In this document: positions 1 to 12,555 of the stretch, piece by piece | Layout of the letters: every line of letters starts with the position of its first letter | Position numbering within the stretch: position 1 is the stretch's first letter | NCBI RefSeq assembly: GCF_006345805.1 | Contig: NC_042997.1 | Coordinates: 26,102,001-26,166,000 of the forward strand | Length of the DNA stretch: 64,000 bases | From: Octopus sinensis | Lineage: Eukaryota | Direction of reading: 5' to 3' | Notes under the pieces: model-generated | Seen by the model: only the letters and a program-made list of their open reading frames with translations | Database searches by the model: none | Told to the model about the DNA's origin: nothing | Made by a program: the position numbers and the translations under genes

Positions 1-107
1 ATTATTCGGATGAGGAAGATTTTGCTAAGGTATTGCTATATTAAGTACCAGTTGTTAAAACTCAATATACATATGATTTACTCTAAACCATATATATATA
101 TATATCT

Positions 108-324
108 CTTTACTCTTTTACTCTTTTACTTGTTTCAGTCATTTGAATGCGGCCATACTGGAGCACCACCTTTAGTCGAGCAACTCGACCCCGGGACTTA
201 TTCATTTTGTAAGCCCAGTACTTATTCTATCGGTCTCTTTTTGCCGAACCGCTAAGTGAATGGGACGTAAACACACCAGCATCGGCTGTCCGGCAATGCT
301 AGGGGAACAAACACAGACACACAA

Positions 325-355
<31 letters not shown>

Positions 356-520
356 CGACAGACTTCTATCAGTTTCCGTCTACCAAATCCACTCACAAGG
401 CATTGGTCGGCCCGGAGCTATAGCAGAGACACTTGCCCAAGATGCCACGCAGTGGGACTGAACCCGGAACCATGTGGCTGGTTAGCAAGCTACTTACCAC
501 ACAGCCACTCCTGCGCCTAT
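108..520 (-). mobile_element. tRNA-derived SINE, family A (full length)
   Basis: Minus strand begins ATAGGCGCAGGAGTGGCTGTGTGGTAAG (A box) with GGTTCAGTCCC (B-box-like), has an internal (TA)/(CA) tract and ends GGTGCTCCAGTATGGCCGC...AAGTAAAAGAG. Five or more similar copies occur in the window. Confidence 0.9.
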
Positions 521-524
521 ATAT

Positions 525-576
<52 letters not shown>

Positions 577-797
577 ATATATATATTTGTGAAATAGAAA
601 GATGAATAATCTTGTAGTAGATTAATCAAAAATTTAACCGATACCTTAGTAGCAAAAATCACAGCAGTAAACAGCACGGTTGGAGGTACAACCATCTGGC
701 GTTGCAACCGTGCGTTGGTGCGGATAATTGAAATTAAAACATTATTGGTGAATTGAAGAAATGGAGCTGAACGCAGATTGAACAGAAATCGTTTTAT

Positions 798-888
798 TTT
801 TCATTCTACACGTGTTTTCGAAGGCACAATTACCAAAATCCGATTGAATAATGGGACCATATTGTGTCTTTCTCTTCAGGAAGAAAAA
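798..888 (-). ncRNA. Type I hammerhead ribozyme motif in pLTR (left copy, with homopolymer indels)
   Basis: CTGAAGA at 879-873 and GAAAACACGTGTA; mirror of the 4466-4556 copy. Confidence 0.6.
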
Positions 889-1478
889 AGGAAATCCGTT
901 GGAAAAACAAAAACAGAACAGAGGCGGAGCAAAAACAAATCGAACTATGCTCCTAAGAGCCCATGGCGAAACTGTTTATCAGTGTATGTTGAGAACCGGT
1001 GGCTGAAGAATTCAACGGGTCAGGCATCGGTCAATCATGTGGGTGAGGGTGTATAGATGTTCTTTGTGACCGAGAATAAAGTTCTGACTATTTAAGGAAT
1101 ATTGGATGTTTTATAAGGGGCGAGAAAAAATCTACTTAGAGACGTGTATGTGTGTATACTGTTCTATATATGTGTGTGTTGGCGTAGGGGTAAAAACATT
1201 TTTTGTGTACGTGTGTGCGTTTGATCGTTCGGCTGTCAGTGGCTACTGCCGTGATAACCGTTAGGTGGCAGAAAGAAAAAAATATATATATATTATGTTT
1301 TATGTGTGTGTGTGTTCATCTAAGCCTGCCTTGTCAAGGAAACCCCCCGCTGTGAAAAAACCAAGCCCCGTTTGTCTTACAGGAGTAATTCCCCTTGCAG
1401 TGGTTAATCGTAGATATCTTAAAGGCTATTTCAGAATTTGTTACCAAGGGCTATGGGTGCCGGTATTATTTATAAACG

Positions 1479-2714
1479 CTATTTAAAAGCCAGATAAGTG
1501 TAACGCCGCCAATGGGGGCATCGAAAAGCCGACTGTAAGAGCCCGTTTACCATCCGGCCTCTGGCAAACAAAATATGGAAGAGTTCGGAGACACAAGGTT
1601 GCACTGTCTTCTGCCCCTATCAAATGGGAGGGCCACCGACAAAATTGACCATTCCAGCCTATAGCTTAAGTTCGTATCCTTCAGTCGCCATATTAGCTTA
1701 CTGAGTCCCGTGGTCTGGCGCTTGTTCACGTCCCGAAAAGTTGCGTAATGGTTGGAGACACGCAAAGACAATCTTGAGGATGATGCCCCTACATAAGTGA
1801 AGACATCTGAGTCCGTGTAAACCTTGCATTGGTAGACGGCGTTTTTGATCTTGGAGTTCGCCGACGTGAATCTTAATCTGCTAGGATTAGTTTCTGAAAT
1901 TAGAACTGCGTTCCTGTCACTATATTCGTTCCGAGACCTGCAGCCGCTTACTACTCTATTTTCCACTACGTCACTATTAACTATAGGAATAACCCCTGAT
2001 TCTCCACTATCTATCAGAGTGCTGTCATTGCTACTGCCCGTGGTGCTGCTATTGCGGGAAATGATGCTGGGGATGCTATTGGGGCTCTCTACCCTACTCC
2101 CATTGTTACCGTCAACCACAACACCCCTATTTATAACTATACCCCTAGTGGGTACTCCCTGGCTGGAGCTGAGATTATGTGTCACTGTACTGGCTCTCAT
2201 ATCATTATTACTACTATAATTATTCCTACTGAGCATTAAACCGGGAGCGGAAGAGGCTGTGCCTCCGGAAAAAGGTGATAGGGTCTTAGTAAGTAGCCTA
2301 TTATTATGGGAGGCGATTATCTGGGCGAGGTTTTTAGTGTTGGAGAAAGCTATCCTAACTTTATGTGAGTTAACCGTGGAGTAATATTTGGAATTTCTGG
2401 GGAAGTTATTGGCGATGGCTTGTCTAAACAAGAGGGGGAGGTTAGTTCTAATCTGCTTACCAAAGGGGATTACAAACCATATATGCTTATTCCTATCAGT
2501 GTGATGGGTCGGGACGCCAGCTCTCGCATTCGGGTGGGTGATTCTCGGATGAATAACGGGTCTTGGGTTAGTGTAAGACCCCCGGACCGATAATTATCCT
2601 TGTTCGCTAAATAAATGCGGGAGCGACTACCCCGGCATCCGCCGCGCTCCCGTCCTTACTTAAAATGTTAATGTTATTATATACGGCCCTATCCTGATGA
2701 CCGAATGATGGCAT
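1479..2714 (-). pseudogene. PLE ORF C-terminal part (RT thumb, Ser/Asn-rich linker, GIY-YIG endonuclease), with 1-bp frameshifts
   Basis: ORF track 1547..2431: ANNFPRNSKYYSTVNSHKVRIAFSNTKNLAQIIASHN and VYQCKVYTDSDVFTYVGASSSRLSLRVSNH...LSKLIWRLKD...EWSIL...CNL. These match the PLE pattern FP-x-N-x-VKVSYS-x-N-x-II-x-HN and the VY/YVG/R GIY-YIG motifs. Confidence 0.85.
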
Positions 2715-2715
2715 C

Positions 2716-3872
2716 GGGGTAGTCGCTCCCGCATTTAATTTAGCGAACAAGGATAATTATCGGTCCGGGAGGTCTTACACTAACCCAAGACCCGTTATTC
2801 ATCCGAGAATCACCCACCCGAATGCGAGAGCTGGCGTCCCGACCCATCACACTGATAGGAATAAGCATATATGGTTTGTAATCCCCTTTGGTAAGCAGAT
2901 TAGAACTAACCTCCCCCTCTTGTTTAGACAAGCCATCGCCAATAACTTCCCCAGAAATTCCAAATATTACTCCACGGTTAACTCACATAAAGTTAGGATA
3001 GCTTTCTCCAACACTAAAAACCTCGCCCAGATAATCGCCTCCCATAATAATAGGCTACTTACTAAGACCCTATCACCTTTTTCCGGAGGCACAGCCTCTT
3101 CCGCTCCCGTTTAATGCTCAGTAGGAATAATTATAGTAGTAATAATGATATGAGAGCCAGTACAGTGACACATAATCTCAGCTCCAGCCAGGGAGTACCC
3201 ACTAGGGGTATAGTTATAAATAGGGGTGTTGTGGTTGACGGTAACAATGGGAGTAGGGTAGAGAGCCCCAATAGCATCCCCAGCATCATTTCCCGCAATA
3301 GCAGCACCACGGGCAGTAGCAATGACAGCACTCTGATAGATAGTGGAGAATCAGGGGTTATTCCTATAGTTAATAGTGACGTAGTGGAAAATAGAGTAGT
3401 AAGCGGCTGCAGGTCTCGGAACGAATATAGTGACAGGAACGCAGTTCTAATTTCAGAAACTAATCCTAGCAGATTAAGATTCACGTCGGCGAACTCCAAG
3501 ATCAAAAACGCCGTCTACCAATGCAAGGTTTACACGGACTCAGATGTCTTCACTTATGTAGGGGCATCATCCTCAAGATTGTCTTTGCGTGTCTCCAACC
3601 ATTACGCAACTTTTCGGGACGTGAACAAGCGCCAGACCACGGGACTCAGTAAGCTAATATGGCGACTGAAGGATACGAACTTAAGCTATAGGCTGGAATG
3701 GTCAATTTTGTCGGTGGCCCCTCCATTTGATAGGGGCAGGAGACAGTGCAACCTTTGTGTCTCCGAACTCTTCCATATTTTGTTTGCCAGAGGCCGGATG
3801 GTAAACGGGCTCTTACAGTCGGCTTTTCGATGCCCCCATTGGCGGCGTTACACTTATCTGGCTTTTAAATAG
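2716..3872 (+). pseudogene. PLE ORF C-terminal part with GIY-YIG endonuclease; one frameshift near 3110
   Basis: Frame is open from 2716 (RNKHIWFVIPFGKQIRTNLPLLFRQAIANNFP). ORFs 2920..3114 and 3114..3872 end in CNLCVSELFHIL...FRCPHWRRY, the typical CxxC...C-x-H tail. Confidence 0.85.
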
Positions 3873-4465
3873 CGTTTATAAATAATACCGGCACCCATAG
3901 CCCTTGGTAACAAATTCTGAAATAGCCTTTAAGATATCTACGATTAACCACTGCAAGGGGAATTACTCCTGTAAGACAAACGGGGCTTGGTTTTTTCACA
4001 GCGGGGGGTTTCCTTGACAAGGCAGGCTTAGATGAACACACACACACATAAAACATAATATATATATATTTTTTTTCTTTCTGCCACCCAACGGTTATCA
4101 CGGCAGTAGCCACTGACAGCCGAACGATCAAACGCACACACGTACACAAAAAATGTTTTCTACCCCTACGCCAACACACACATATATAGAACAGTATACA
4201 CACACACACGTCTCTAAGTAGATTTTTTCTCGCCCCTTATAAAACATCCAATATTCCTTAAATAGTCAGAACTTTATTCTCGGTCACAAAGAACATCTAT
4301 ACACCCTCACCCACATGATTGACCGATGCCTGACCCGTTGAATTCTTCAGCCACCGGTTCTCAACATACACTGATAAACAGTTTCGCCATGGGCTCTTAG
4401 GAGCATAGTTCGATTTGTTTTTGCTCCGCCTCTGTTCTGTTTTTGTTTTTCCAACGGATTTCCTT

Positions 4466-4556
4466 TTTTCTTCCTGAAGAGAAAGACACAATATGGTCCC
4501 ATTATTCAATCGGATTTTGGTAATTTGTGCCTTTCGAAACACGTGTAGAATGAAAT
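4466..4556 (+). ncRNA. Type I hammerhead ribozyme motif in pLTR
   Basis: CTGAAGA at 4474-4480; stem II GAAAGACACAA/TTGTGCCTTTC; GAAAC at 4536-4540; palindromic stem III ACACGTGT; predicted cleavage after GUA (4547); stem I TTTCTTC/GAATGAAA. Confidence 0.75.
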
Positions 4557-4624
4557 AAAACGATTTCTGTTCAATCTGCGTTCAGCTCCATTTCTTCAAT
4601 TCACCAATAATGTTTTATATATAT

Positions 4625-4689
<65 letters not shown>

Positions 4690-4750
4690 ATATTAACTGG
4701 TAATTAATATGGCAATACCTAAGCAAAATCCTCATGATCATAACATAAGT

Positions 4751-4802
<52 letters not shown>

Positions 4803-4924
4803 TCACAGCTGCATCCTCGTTACACAAGAAAAAGCCATTGCCAAGAAGATTTATTGAAATGATTCGTGATTGTTGTCATGTGATGCCCTTATATGACTTT
4901 TAAGCCCGGCCAAGCTGTTACACG

Positions 4925-5860
4925 TTTTATTACATACTGGACAACTGTACTGGCTGGAGAAACAGGTTCCACCATATGCACTCACTTAACATGTATTTTA
5001 GACCTCCAACTGAGAAGCACACCCTTCCACATTTTACACTCGTTCTGTTATGAATTTTAATTGCCACATCATAGTTTGTCATGGGTCGATTTCTATGAGT
5101 ATTTAGATAGCTCACCAGTCCTGCACGACTCAAACACCTCCGCCCACAAACCACACACATAAAAAGCAACGTTCTCTCACTTTCCACAGGTTCCCCCTTC
5201 TAAGCCCTCTCCTAATTCTCTCATATTTCACTCTCTCCCTCTCAAACCTTGAACAACCATCATGCACTATCTTCCTCCATCTATCATGGTCTTGTGCTTT
5301 CCTCTCCCAATTACCAGTTGCAATTCCTGTAAGCATTTTTAAGGCAATACTTAAACCTTAGTTTTGGCTTATGTGCTGGTCTCACCATACAGTAGCTGCT
5401 TGGGCAGTCGCTCATCACTCATCCTTACCAAATGTAACCACCTTAAACGTCTTTGCAACGTCATTGACTCTATACTTCTACTGCCACTCCTCTCAAGCCC
5501 CTCCACATTACTAATGACCATTTTCCAGTTTATCCCCAAAATTTCTCTCATACAGTATTGATGAAATCGTCCCAATTGCTTGACCTGCCTACGGTAAACA
5601 ACCCATGCCTCACTTCCATATAACAAAGATGGAAGGACGCATGTGTTATATACCTTAACTTAAATTTGTGAAGATATATTATGTTGTTTCCACAGGCGCC
5701 TATCAAGCCTACCAAAAGCACTACTAGCCCTGCTGATTCTGTATGAAATTTCATCATCAAAACCAGCAGTGTTTAGATGTGCTTTTTTAAGCTTCGGCCA
5801 GCCATGTATATACAAAATGTCCATTTCTTTTTCCTCTCCTGCAATACCTGTACTTGATAC
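4925..5860 (-). mobile_element. RTE-clade LINE 3' fragment (degraded)
   Basis: LYGSEAWVVYRRQVKQLGRFHQYCMREILGINW...RLRWLHLVRMSDERLPKQLLYGE, then WERKAQDHDRWR and a terminal CxxC...H zinc finger (CVVCGRRCLSRAGLVSY). Confidence 0.85.
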
Positions 5861-6737
5861 CTTTTAAAGTGAGGAAAAGTTTTGCACAGCAACCATTCCC
5901 ACTCTCTAAACTACAAAGCATGATCCAAAAAGAAGAGTAAGTCGACATCATTGGATGCATTTGCAGTCGTAGGTTTTATATCAGAGTGCCCTTCTCCCAG
6001 TATTTGATCAACCAAAGGCTAACTACAAGACAGCAGTGAAGTATTTAAATTCAGAGTTACTTTCTCCTAGATAGACTGCCTTCACCCTGGCTTGGGTAAG
6101 CAGGAGAGCTCTATCTACCCCTCATCTATTTATTAAAAAAAAAAAAAGAATAAGAGAAATAAATACAAATTAAAAATTGCGATAAAATCTGAGTAAATTT
6201 TAAAATAAGATTGACATATAATATATACAATTTAAAAACACAATATATAATATGTACACAAACATATGGAAAAAACAGTATTTACCATACACACACACAG
6301 AGCTTAAAATGCAATATATACAATACACACATACAAACACTCCATAAACACACGTAGTTGAATGGCTGTTGACTACTTTGTAGTTCCTCCGCCTTTTGAC
6401 GGGTCTTACTTTTTGTCCCGTTGGTTGTTCAACAAGCACCCACCTCACCAAGCAAGCCTAGTGGGGTTGCCAGTTTAGTCGCCGACGACCCGACCATGGA
6501 ACAGGTTGTACTGGACTACATGGTACCAGTAGCACTGAAGAGCGACCTGACATAACATACACACACATACACACATACGTACAGGCATACATGTAACTTT
6601 TCAATGGCTCTGATGAAGCAATTAGATATTGCACAAAATCTCAACACAGTGCGCACTTCATACAGCAGAATCAGCTATAAGCAACTAAAGTTGTTGACGT
6701 GATTCTTGTTCACTTGTAATTCATTTATACGTATGCG

Positions 6738-6769
<32 letters not shown>

Positions 6770-6819
6770 TGTATGTATGTATGTATGTATGTATGTATGT
6801 ATATATGTAGGTATGTATG

Positions 6820-6853
<34 letters not shown>

Positions 6854-6895
6854 CGTACATAGATATGTATGTATGTATGTTTGTATGTTTGTATG
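6738..6895. repeat. (TATG)n microsatellite
   Basis: Direct reading. Confidence 0.95.
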
Positions 6896-7047
6896 TATTC
6901 TGCCGTCAGCCGAAAACTTGTGACGTTATCAGTTCCTGGAATTTGGAATTTGCATGGAAATTTTAATTAGTTTACGAGCTCCTTGTCAATCATCACTATC
7001 ATCATCTTCTTCATTATTATCGTCTCTGTTGTTGGTGTAGCCGCTGT

Positions 7048-7060
7048 TACTACTACTACT

Positions 7061-7117
<57 letters not shown>

Positions 7118-7120
7118 TTA
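7048..7120. repeat. (TAC)n microsatellite
   Basis: Direct reading; a second (ACT)n run lies at 7619-7677. Confidence 0.95.
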
Positions 7121-7616
7121 CCACTAGTCCATTACCGCTACAGCTATTACAAAAATTAATAGCGTTGCTAGGTTGTGGGTTTTAGTTTTAACGTTAAACT
7201 AGCAGTAACAATTACATGCCGACCGCAAAAGAACAATGATTTCAGACAGGCAAGAATTCGCTAATCCTTTTCTCTACAGGTGCATTTAAAATATACGGAC
7301 TACTTCCGGTCAGTAATATTTACTTTTCAGCATTTTTTTTTATCTATTTACTTCTTTTTTGTTTGTTTTTACTTTCACACAATACCGTACGCTACCGCTG
7401 ATGCTGACAATCTGCTTCACTTCTATACTTTAATTAAACTGTGCACTTTTCTCATTCAGCTTCACCCATACCCCCAGCTAAGTAGCTAATTACAGTCGAC
7501 ACGTTCGCTATTCATTCTCTCTTCATTTACATATATTTCGCTAATTTCTTCTTTTACATTCTTCACCACCTCCGCTTTTTTTTTTCTAACCTTTCTTTTA
7601 AAATAATTCTTGTTCA

Positions 7617-7677
<61 letters not shown>

Positions 7678-8554
7678 GTATGCTTACTGACGGTCAATGT
7701 ACTATACCATTTAGACAATGCGGTTGGCTGAATAACACTTGTGTGTTGAAATAAGTTATTAGAAGACGAGCGACGGTGGCTTCTGAGCTATTCTGGTTGT
7801 AGATGAGCACCGTTTGAATAGTATCTTCTGGTTGATAACGTTCAATTGACACCGGTGGGACTCTCATTAACTTATTCAGGATCCACTGAATAAGAAAGTT
7901 TAAAGTGGAAAGGAAATTACTGTTGTCCTGTAAATTTCTTGGGTGAAAGAACACACATTCAGAATGCACCAATGGCCCAAAGTGAACTACATGGAGGGGG
8001 AACATACCCTTCGCCATAAGGGTAATTCAGATGCTGAAGGGCTTCCTGACTGGCCTGATTTGCTGCTTCCATATTGGAACATTTTATTTATTTCTTCACC
8101 GTTGTTTTTTGTGCCTACTTTTTCTTATACAGTTTCGTATCTCAAGATGAAGAAATGGCTATTTTTACAGAATGTATACTATGCACCATTCTATATAGAT
8201 AATCGCTTCTTCATCTCGAGGAACGAAATTTACGGTGTCAAAGCTACACTGCGTAGAATTCGACAGATATGAAGACCTAGATATGAAGACCGTAGCAGCT
8301 TTAAATTCTGTAATATCTATCAGCTTTAAATTCTGTAATATCTAAAACTTCTGTGAATACCTATCCTTTCCTTTCTCCCTGAGAATTCGAAAATGTAAAT
8401 ATTCTCTACTGTTTTCTCTGTTCGGACAGACAAAAAATCATCCCCAAAGATTTTTCTTGGGACTTTTGTAGACAAGATGTTATTTTTCTGAAGGTCAACG
8501 ATGCGAATGTAAATTCCAATTTCTTTCAGTTTTCTTTTTTCCCCGTTTTAGGTA

Positions 8555-8805
8555 GCATCTGATGCACTGTGCCAAGTGACCCTATTACTACAGGAATAAT
8601 TGTTGTCTTGGTCCTCCACAGTCTCCTCAGCTCTCTGGATAGGTCGTGGTATTTTTCAAATTTTTCCATTTCTTTGGTACCGACTCTATTATCATAAGCA
8701 ATTGCAAAAATCTATGATCTTCCATTGTTTGTTTATTTTGTCCTCTATAATCGTGTCTGGTCCCCTTGTCTCAGTAGTATGGTCTGTCTGTATGACGAAG
8801 TCACA
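8555..8805 (-). mobile_element. R4/Dong-like non-LTR element, restriction-like endonuclease fragment
   Basis: Manual translation CDFVIQTDHTTETRGPDTIIEDK...KIIDF...KEMEKFEKYHDLSRELRRLWRTKTTIIPVVIGSLG matches the RLE pattern DFxIQTD...RPD...D...KExEKxxKYxDL...PVVIGALG. Confidence 0.8.
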
Positions 8806-10140
8806 ATTTCCTATAGTTATAACAATTAAGAGAAGATAAACAAAAAAATGTAACAATTAACAGATATAGCAATCGAATTTCTGATATTGTAATTTTCTAT
8901 CTTTGAGAAAAAGATTGTTCCGTGTAGTAATATATTTAGAAGTATTTCTGACAAAGGATCATTTCTTCGTCCTTTTCTGTGAATATAATTACCTTAAGAA
9001 ATATTGCAAAAAAAGACATATGATTGATAAATATTTTTATTTCTAGAAGTCATGCCAAGTTCGTTGTCACTATAATGCATACATTTGTAGGCGTGAGCGT
9101 GTATGCACAGTATGTGTGTGTGTATGTGCGCGCATGAGTGTTCATGCGTAGATGACAAGATTTGCCTTAGCTTATTCTTTTACACCTATCTACACACTCA
9201 ATCGATATGACAATAGTAACGTCCACTCCAGTTTCAAGGATTACCCTACAATCTTCATGTAAGAAACATTAGATAATATAGTCCTATATATACAAAATGA
9301 CGGATCGTATGGATGGAGAATCATTGATAATTGTTATACTGGTATAGCGCCAAATAGTAACTTTACATACGTTCGTTTACATAGAACAAAACTTAGAAAC
9401 CGTATTTTGAGAACTGAACTTTTCACACAGTAAATACGTTAAGCCAAAGGTGGAAGAACAACAGATGTGTACATCATCAGATGCTAATTATACAAACAAG
9501 ATATAGATTTATCTAGTTGATCAGTTACAAGACGCAAATTACATTGGAGAAAATAGTAAAGCTACATGGACTGTAACAAATTCAAGATTTTAATATCTTG
9601 GGAATAAAAAAAAACAATGCCAAAATTAAAGGAGGATAATATTACAAAACAAAAAAATAGTTGTGTGCATGTGTATGTGCGTGGTTGTGTATGTATGAAT
9701 GTAAGATAGGATGAGTGAGTGTTAAGACTGAACAGATCATTTATGATTATTTAGGTTACTGTCTCCCGTACATCTGAAGTGCCAATTGGGAAAGAATTAA
9801 AAGTAAGAAACATATCGAATTTTGGTGAATATATTGACATAAAGATTGTGAAACATTTTCAATGAGTGTGTTCATTGTATTATTTACTACTTTTTACCAT
9901 TCATCATTTCAGCTAATAGGTCAATTTTCTTTCTTAAAACAATACTTTGTTGGGTCTTCAATAAGGTGCATAAAATTATTTAACATGAACATAGATGCTG
10001 GAACATTTTCAAGAACAAGAAAAATGTTCAAAGTTAACAAACTATGTTTGTTAAAAATGTAATTACCCTAATTATTGGGCAGTGGTGATTGTAACAATTG
10101 TATTTCAGAGAAACTAAATATGACTACTAGTGTCGTTTTC

Positions 10141-10470
10141 CATTCAGTCTCAGTGCGTGACACCTTGGGCAAGTGTCTTCTACTATAGCCTCGGGATGAC
10201 CAAAGACTTGTGAGTGGATTTGGTAGACAGAAACTGAAAGAAGCCCGTCGTATATATATATATATATGTTTGTATGTTTGTGTTTGTCCTCCCAACATCG
10301 CTTGACAACCGATGCTGGTGTGATTACGTCCCTGTCACTTAGTGGTTCGACAAGAGAGATAGATAGAATAAGTACTAGACTTACGAAGAATAAGTCACGG
10401 GGTCAATTGGCTCGGCTAAAGGCGGTGCTCCAGCATAGCCGCAGTCAAATGACTAAAAGAATAAAAGAAG
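10141..10470 (+). mobile_element. SINE family A, 5'-truncated
   Basis: Same body and tail (GGCGGTGCTCCAGCATAGCCGCAGTCAAATGAC) as 108-520. Confidence 0.85.
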
Positions 10471-11239
10471 TAATAAAGGAATTGTAAATGCCATTAGTAT
10501 ATATTCTGCAGGACACAAGTAATTTTACAATTAACTTTACAAGTTGTCTCTTTAATTCTAAAATCTATTTTCATTTTGTAGGTGTTATATGTACACCTAC
10601 ACAAATAAACACATACACATAGACACACATACACACTCACACACAAAAATATACATATATATATAAATTCCATTTGGGCTTGGCATTTTAATCTTGGAGT
10701 TGTTTTATATAGCCCGCCCACATGTGTCAGCTATCGAAGACTATTGTACAACGAAAATCGATCGCTTCGCTATCTAAAAATCTATAAATATCCGTAGAGT
10801 TTATGCACATATTAACAAGAGGAATGGGATAATATTGATACGATATTTCATTTCGTACATTAAGTAACAATATGCCAGTTAATCTTCGACGGAACTATAT
10901 TATAGACTTATGCAATAAAACTAGCTACTCACGGCATTCTCCTTGTCGAGATATTTATATATATATATATGCGCACTCTTAACCTTTCTGTCCCCTCCCT
11001 TTCTCAGCCTTCATTCTTTGATTCCCTTTTCTGCTACTTAACTGTCTCTCCCTCTCTCTCATTCTTCATTCTTTCTGGTTTCCTCACAACCATTCCCCTT
11101 TCTTCTTTCCTTTCTCTTACTCCTCCCCCTCCCTCCCGCCGTTAACCCGCGACGAGAGGCTTGCCACCTTCTTTCTCGCCTGACCTTCTTGAGGTGTGGA
11201 CGGCAATTTTCTTTGCCCCCTTCGCCGTCCACAGAAATA

Positions 11240-11698
11240 GCGTTTGTAATACTTTTTTCCGTTCGGCTTAACAGCCCTTCTTGTCTTGTTATTTTCCTTG
11301 TCCTGTCTTTTACTGCTTATATTTTGTACTGTCGTTACTGCCCTGTTTTTGTTACCATTTTTACCCCTCTGCAAAAAGATCTCAAATTTTATTTGATTTG
11401 CTTTTCGCAGGAAGGAAAGTTTCTATCGAAGATACATCTCGCCTTCACCTTCGAAACGTAGAGTAGATGAAACCATGGCGACTCAAGAAGGGGTTTTTTC
11501 CTTGTGTTATTTGTCCTGTACTCTATTTTTTTGTTGTTTAAGAAAAATGTCCAGTTCCTTGGGTTTGTGTCTATGTTTTCGTTTCTCATTGTGTTCGACG
11601 TTTTTTTGGTGTCCTGTACTCATATATGCGTGTATATATACATGTAGAGGTAGGTACGTACATATATGTATATATATATGCATATGTTTTATTTATTA

Positions 11699-11700
<2 letters not shown>
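11240..11700 (+). repeat. Interspersed repeat, probably PLE pLTR-derived; related copies at 49385-49680 and 63850-64000
   Basis: Shared TTTGCTTTTCGCAGGAAGGAA...CTTCGAAACGT...GTAGAGGTAGGTACGTACATATATG with 49385-49680; pyrimidine-rich part shared with the window end; terminates in (TA)n. Confidence 0.55.
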
Positions 11701-11748
<48 letters not shown>

Positions 11749-11804
11749 AGTGAGTGGAAAATCGAAAGAAGGGCACCCAACAAATTTATTTGGAGTTGCA
11801 CGTA

Positions 11805-12206
11805 TGTATCAAAACAGTTTGATACAAATTCGTTGGTACTCTTGAATTTCAAACGTGAGGCAAATCGTCAGCTATTTTGAATTTGACAAAAAGTTGATTC
11901 TTATTACCATAGGATGGGCTGCGATTTGTCGAGGAACGTCACACGGTGTCGTGGTTTGGTGTTGGTATATGGGTAACAGTTAGTCGGAAAATACCGCATG
12001 GTGAACAGGAAATTGACCACGTGGAAAACAGGAAATATATCGCTAGCGATTAGGAAATCGGTCAGTTTGTTGTCGGGGGTGGGGAGCAGTAAGATAGTTT
12101 TATGTAATTGCACATGTCGCCCCTTCCTATTTAAAATGGCTGACGATTAGTATTACGCTTGAAACTCAAGAGTACCAACGAATTTGAATCAAACTGATTT
12201 GATCCA
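11805..12206. mobile_element. MITE with about 74-bp imperfect terminal inverted repeats, TA-flanked
   Basis: 11805-11878 (...CAGTTTGATACAAATTCGTTGGTACTCTTGAATTTCAA...ATCGTCAGCTATTTT) is the reverse complement of 12133-12206 at roughly 80% identity. Confidence 0.75.
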
Positions 12207-12555
12207 TATATGTGTGTGTGTCTGTATATGTGTGTATATAGTAGCTGTGTGGTAAGTCGCTTGCTTACTAACCACATAGTTCCGAGTTCGGTCCCACAAG
12301 GGAGGTAAGTTTCCTCAGCGCCTTGAAATAGCCATATTTCAGTAATTTCGCATTTATATTAATGCTCGTCGGTGACTCTCACCTAACGCCTTGGGTTAAA
12401 CTCACCTCAGCTTTTCAGTTTATAAGATTATTGTAGGAATCATACGCAAATTTCCTAAACGGTAAAAGGGAAAATTATATATTAATTTAATGGTTTAAAA
12501 ACAAATACAGTATCAGCAATACGCATTTATAATTTTATGTTGATAATTCACTAAA

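Larger units (their letters stand above)
587..2714 (-). mobile_element. 5'-truncated Penelope-like retroelement (left arm of palindrome), 3' end abutting (TA)n
   Basis: Encodes the RT-thumb end and a GIY-YIG endonuclease, followed by a pLTR containing a hammerhead. It is the reverse complement of 2715-4617. Confidence 0.9.
2715..4617 (+). mobile_element. Penelope-like retroelement, inverted duplicate (right arm), ending in (TA)n
   Basis: Reverse complement of 735-2634; the differences I found are almost all 1-bp indels. Confidence 0.9.

Noticed and set aside
1-60. Inverted similarity between 10-58 and 4693-4735 flanking the big palindrome
   Set aside because: Only about 45 bp, clearly more diverged than the arms; more simply two independent copies of a short (TA)n-associated repeat.
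1845-2219. 124-aa hydrophobic ORF (mirror at 3131-3505)
   Set aside because: Antisense shadow of the Ser/Asn-rich PLE linker.
2690-2712. CTGATGA in the palindrome loop
   Set aside because: No stem II or GAAA follows; the loop is antisense PLE coding sequence.
4801-4812. TATCACAGC resembling the miR-2 5' end
   Set aside because: The rest of the mature sequence does not match and no precursor hairpin is evident.
7694-8272. Two ORFs of about 108 aa and splice-like sites near 7950 and 8132
   Set aside because: No recognisable domain; frames following the acceptors close quickly.
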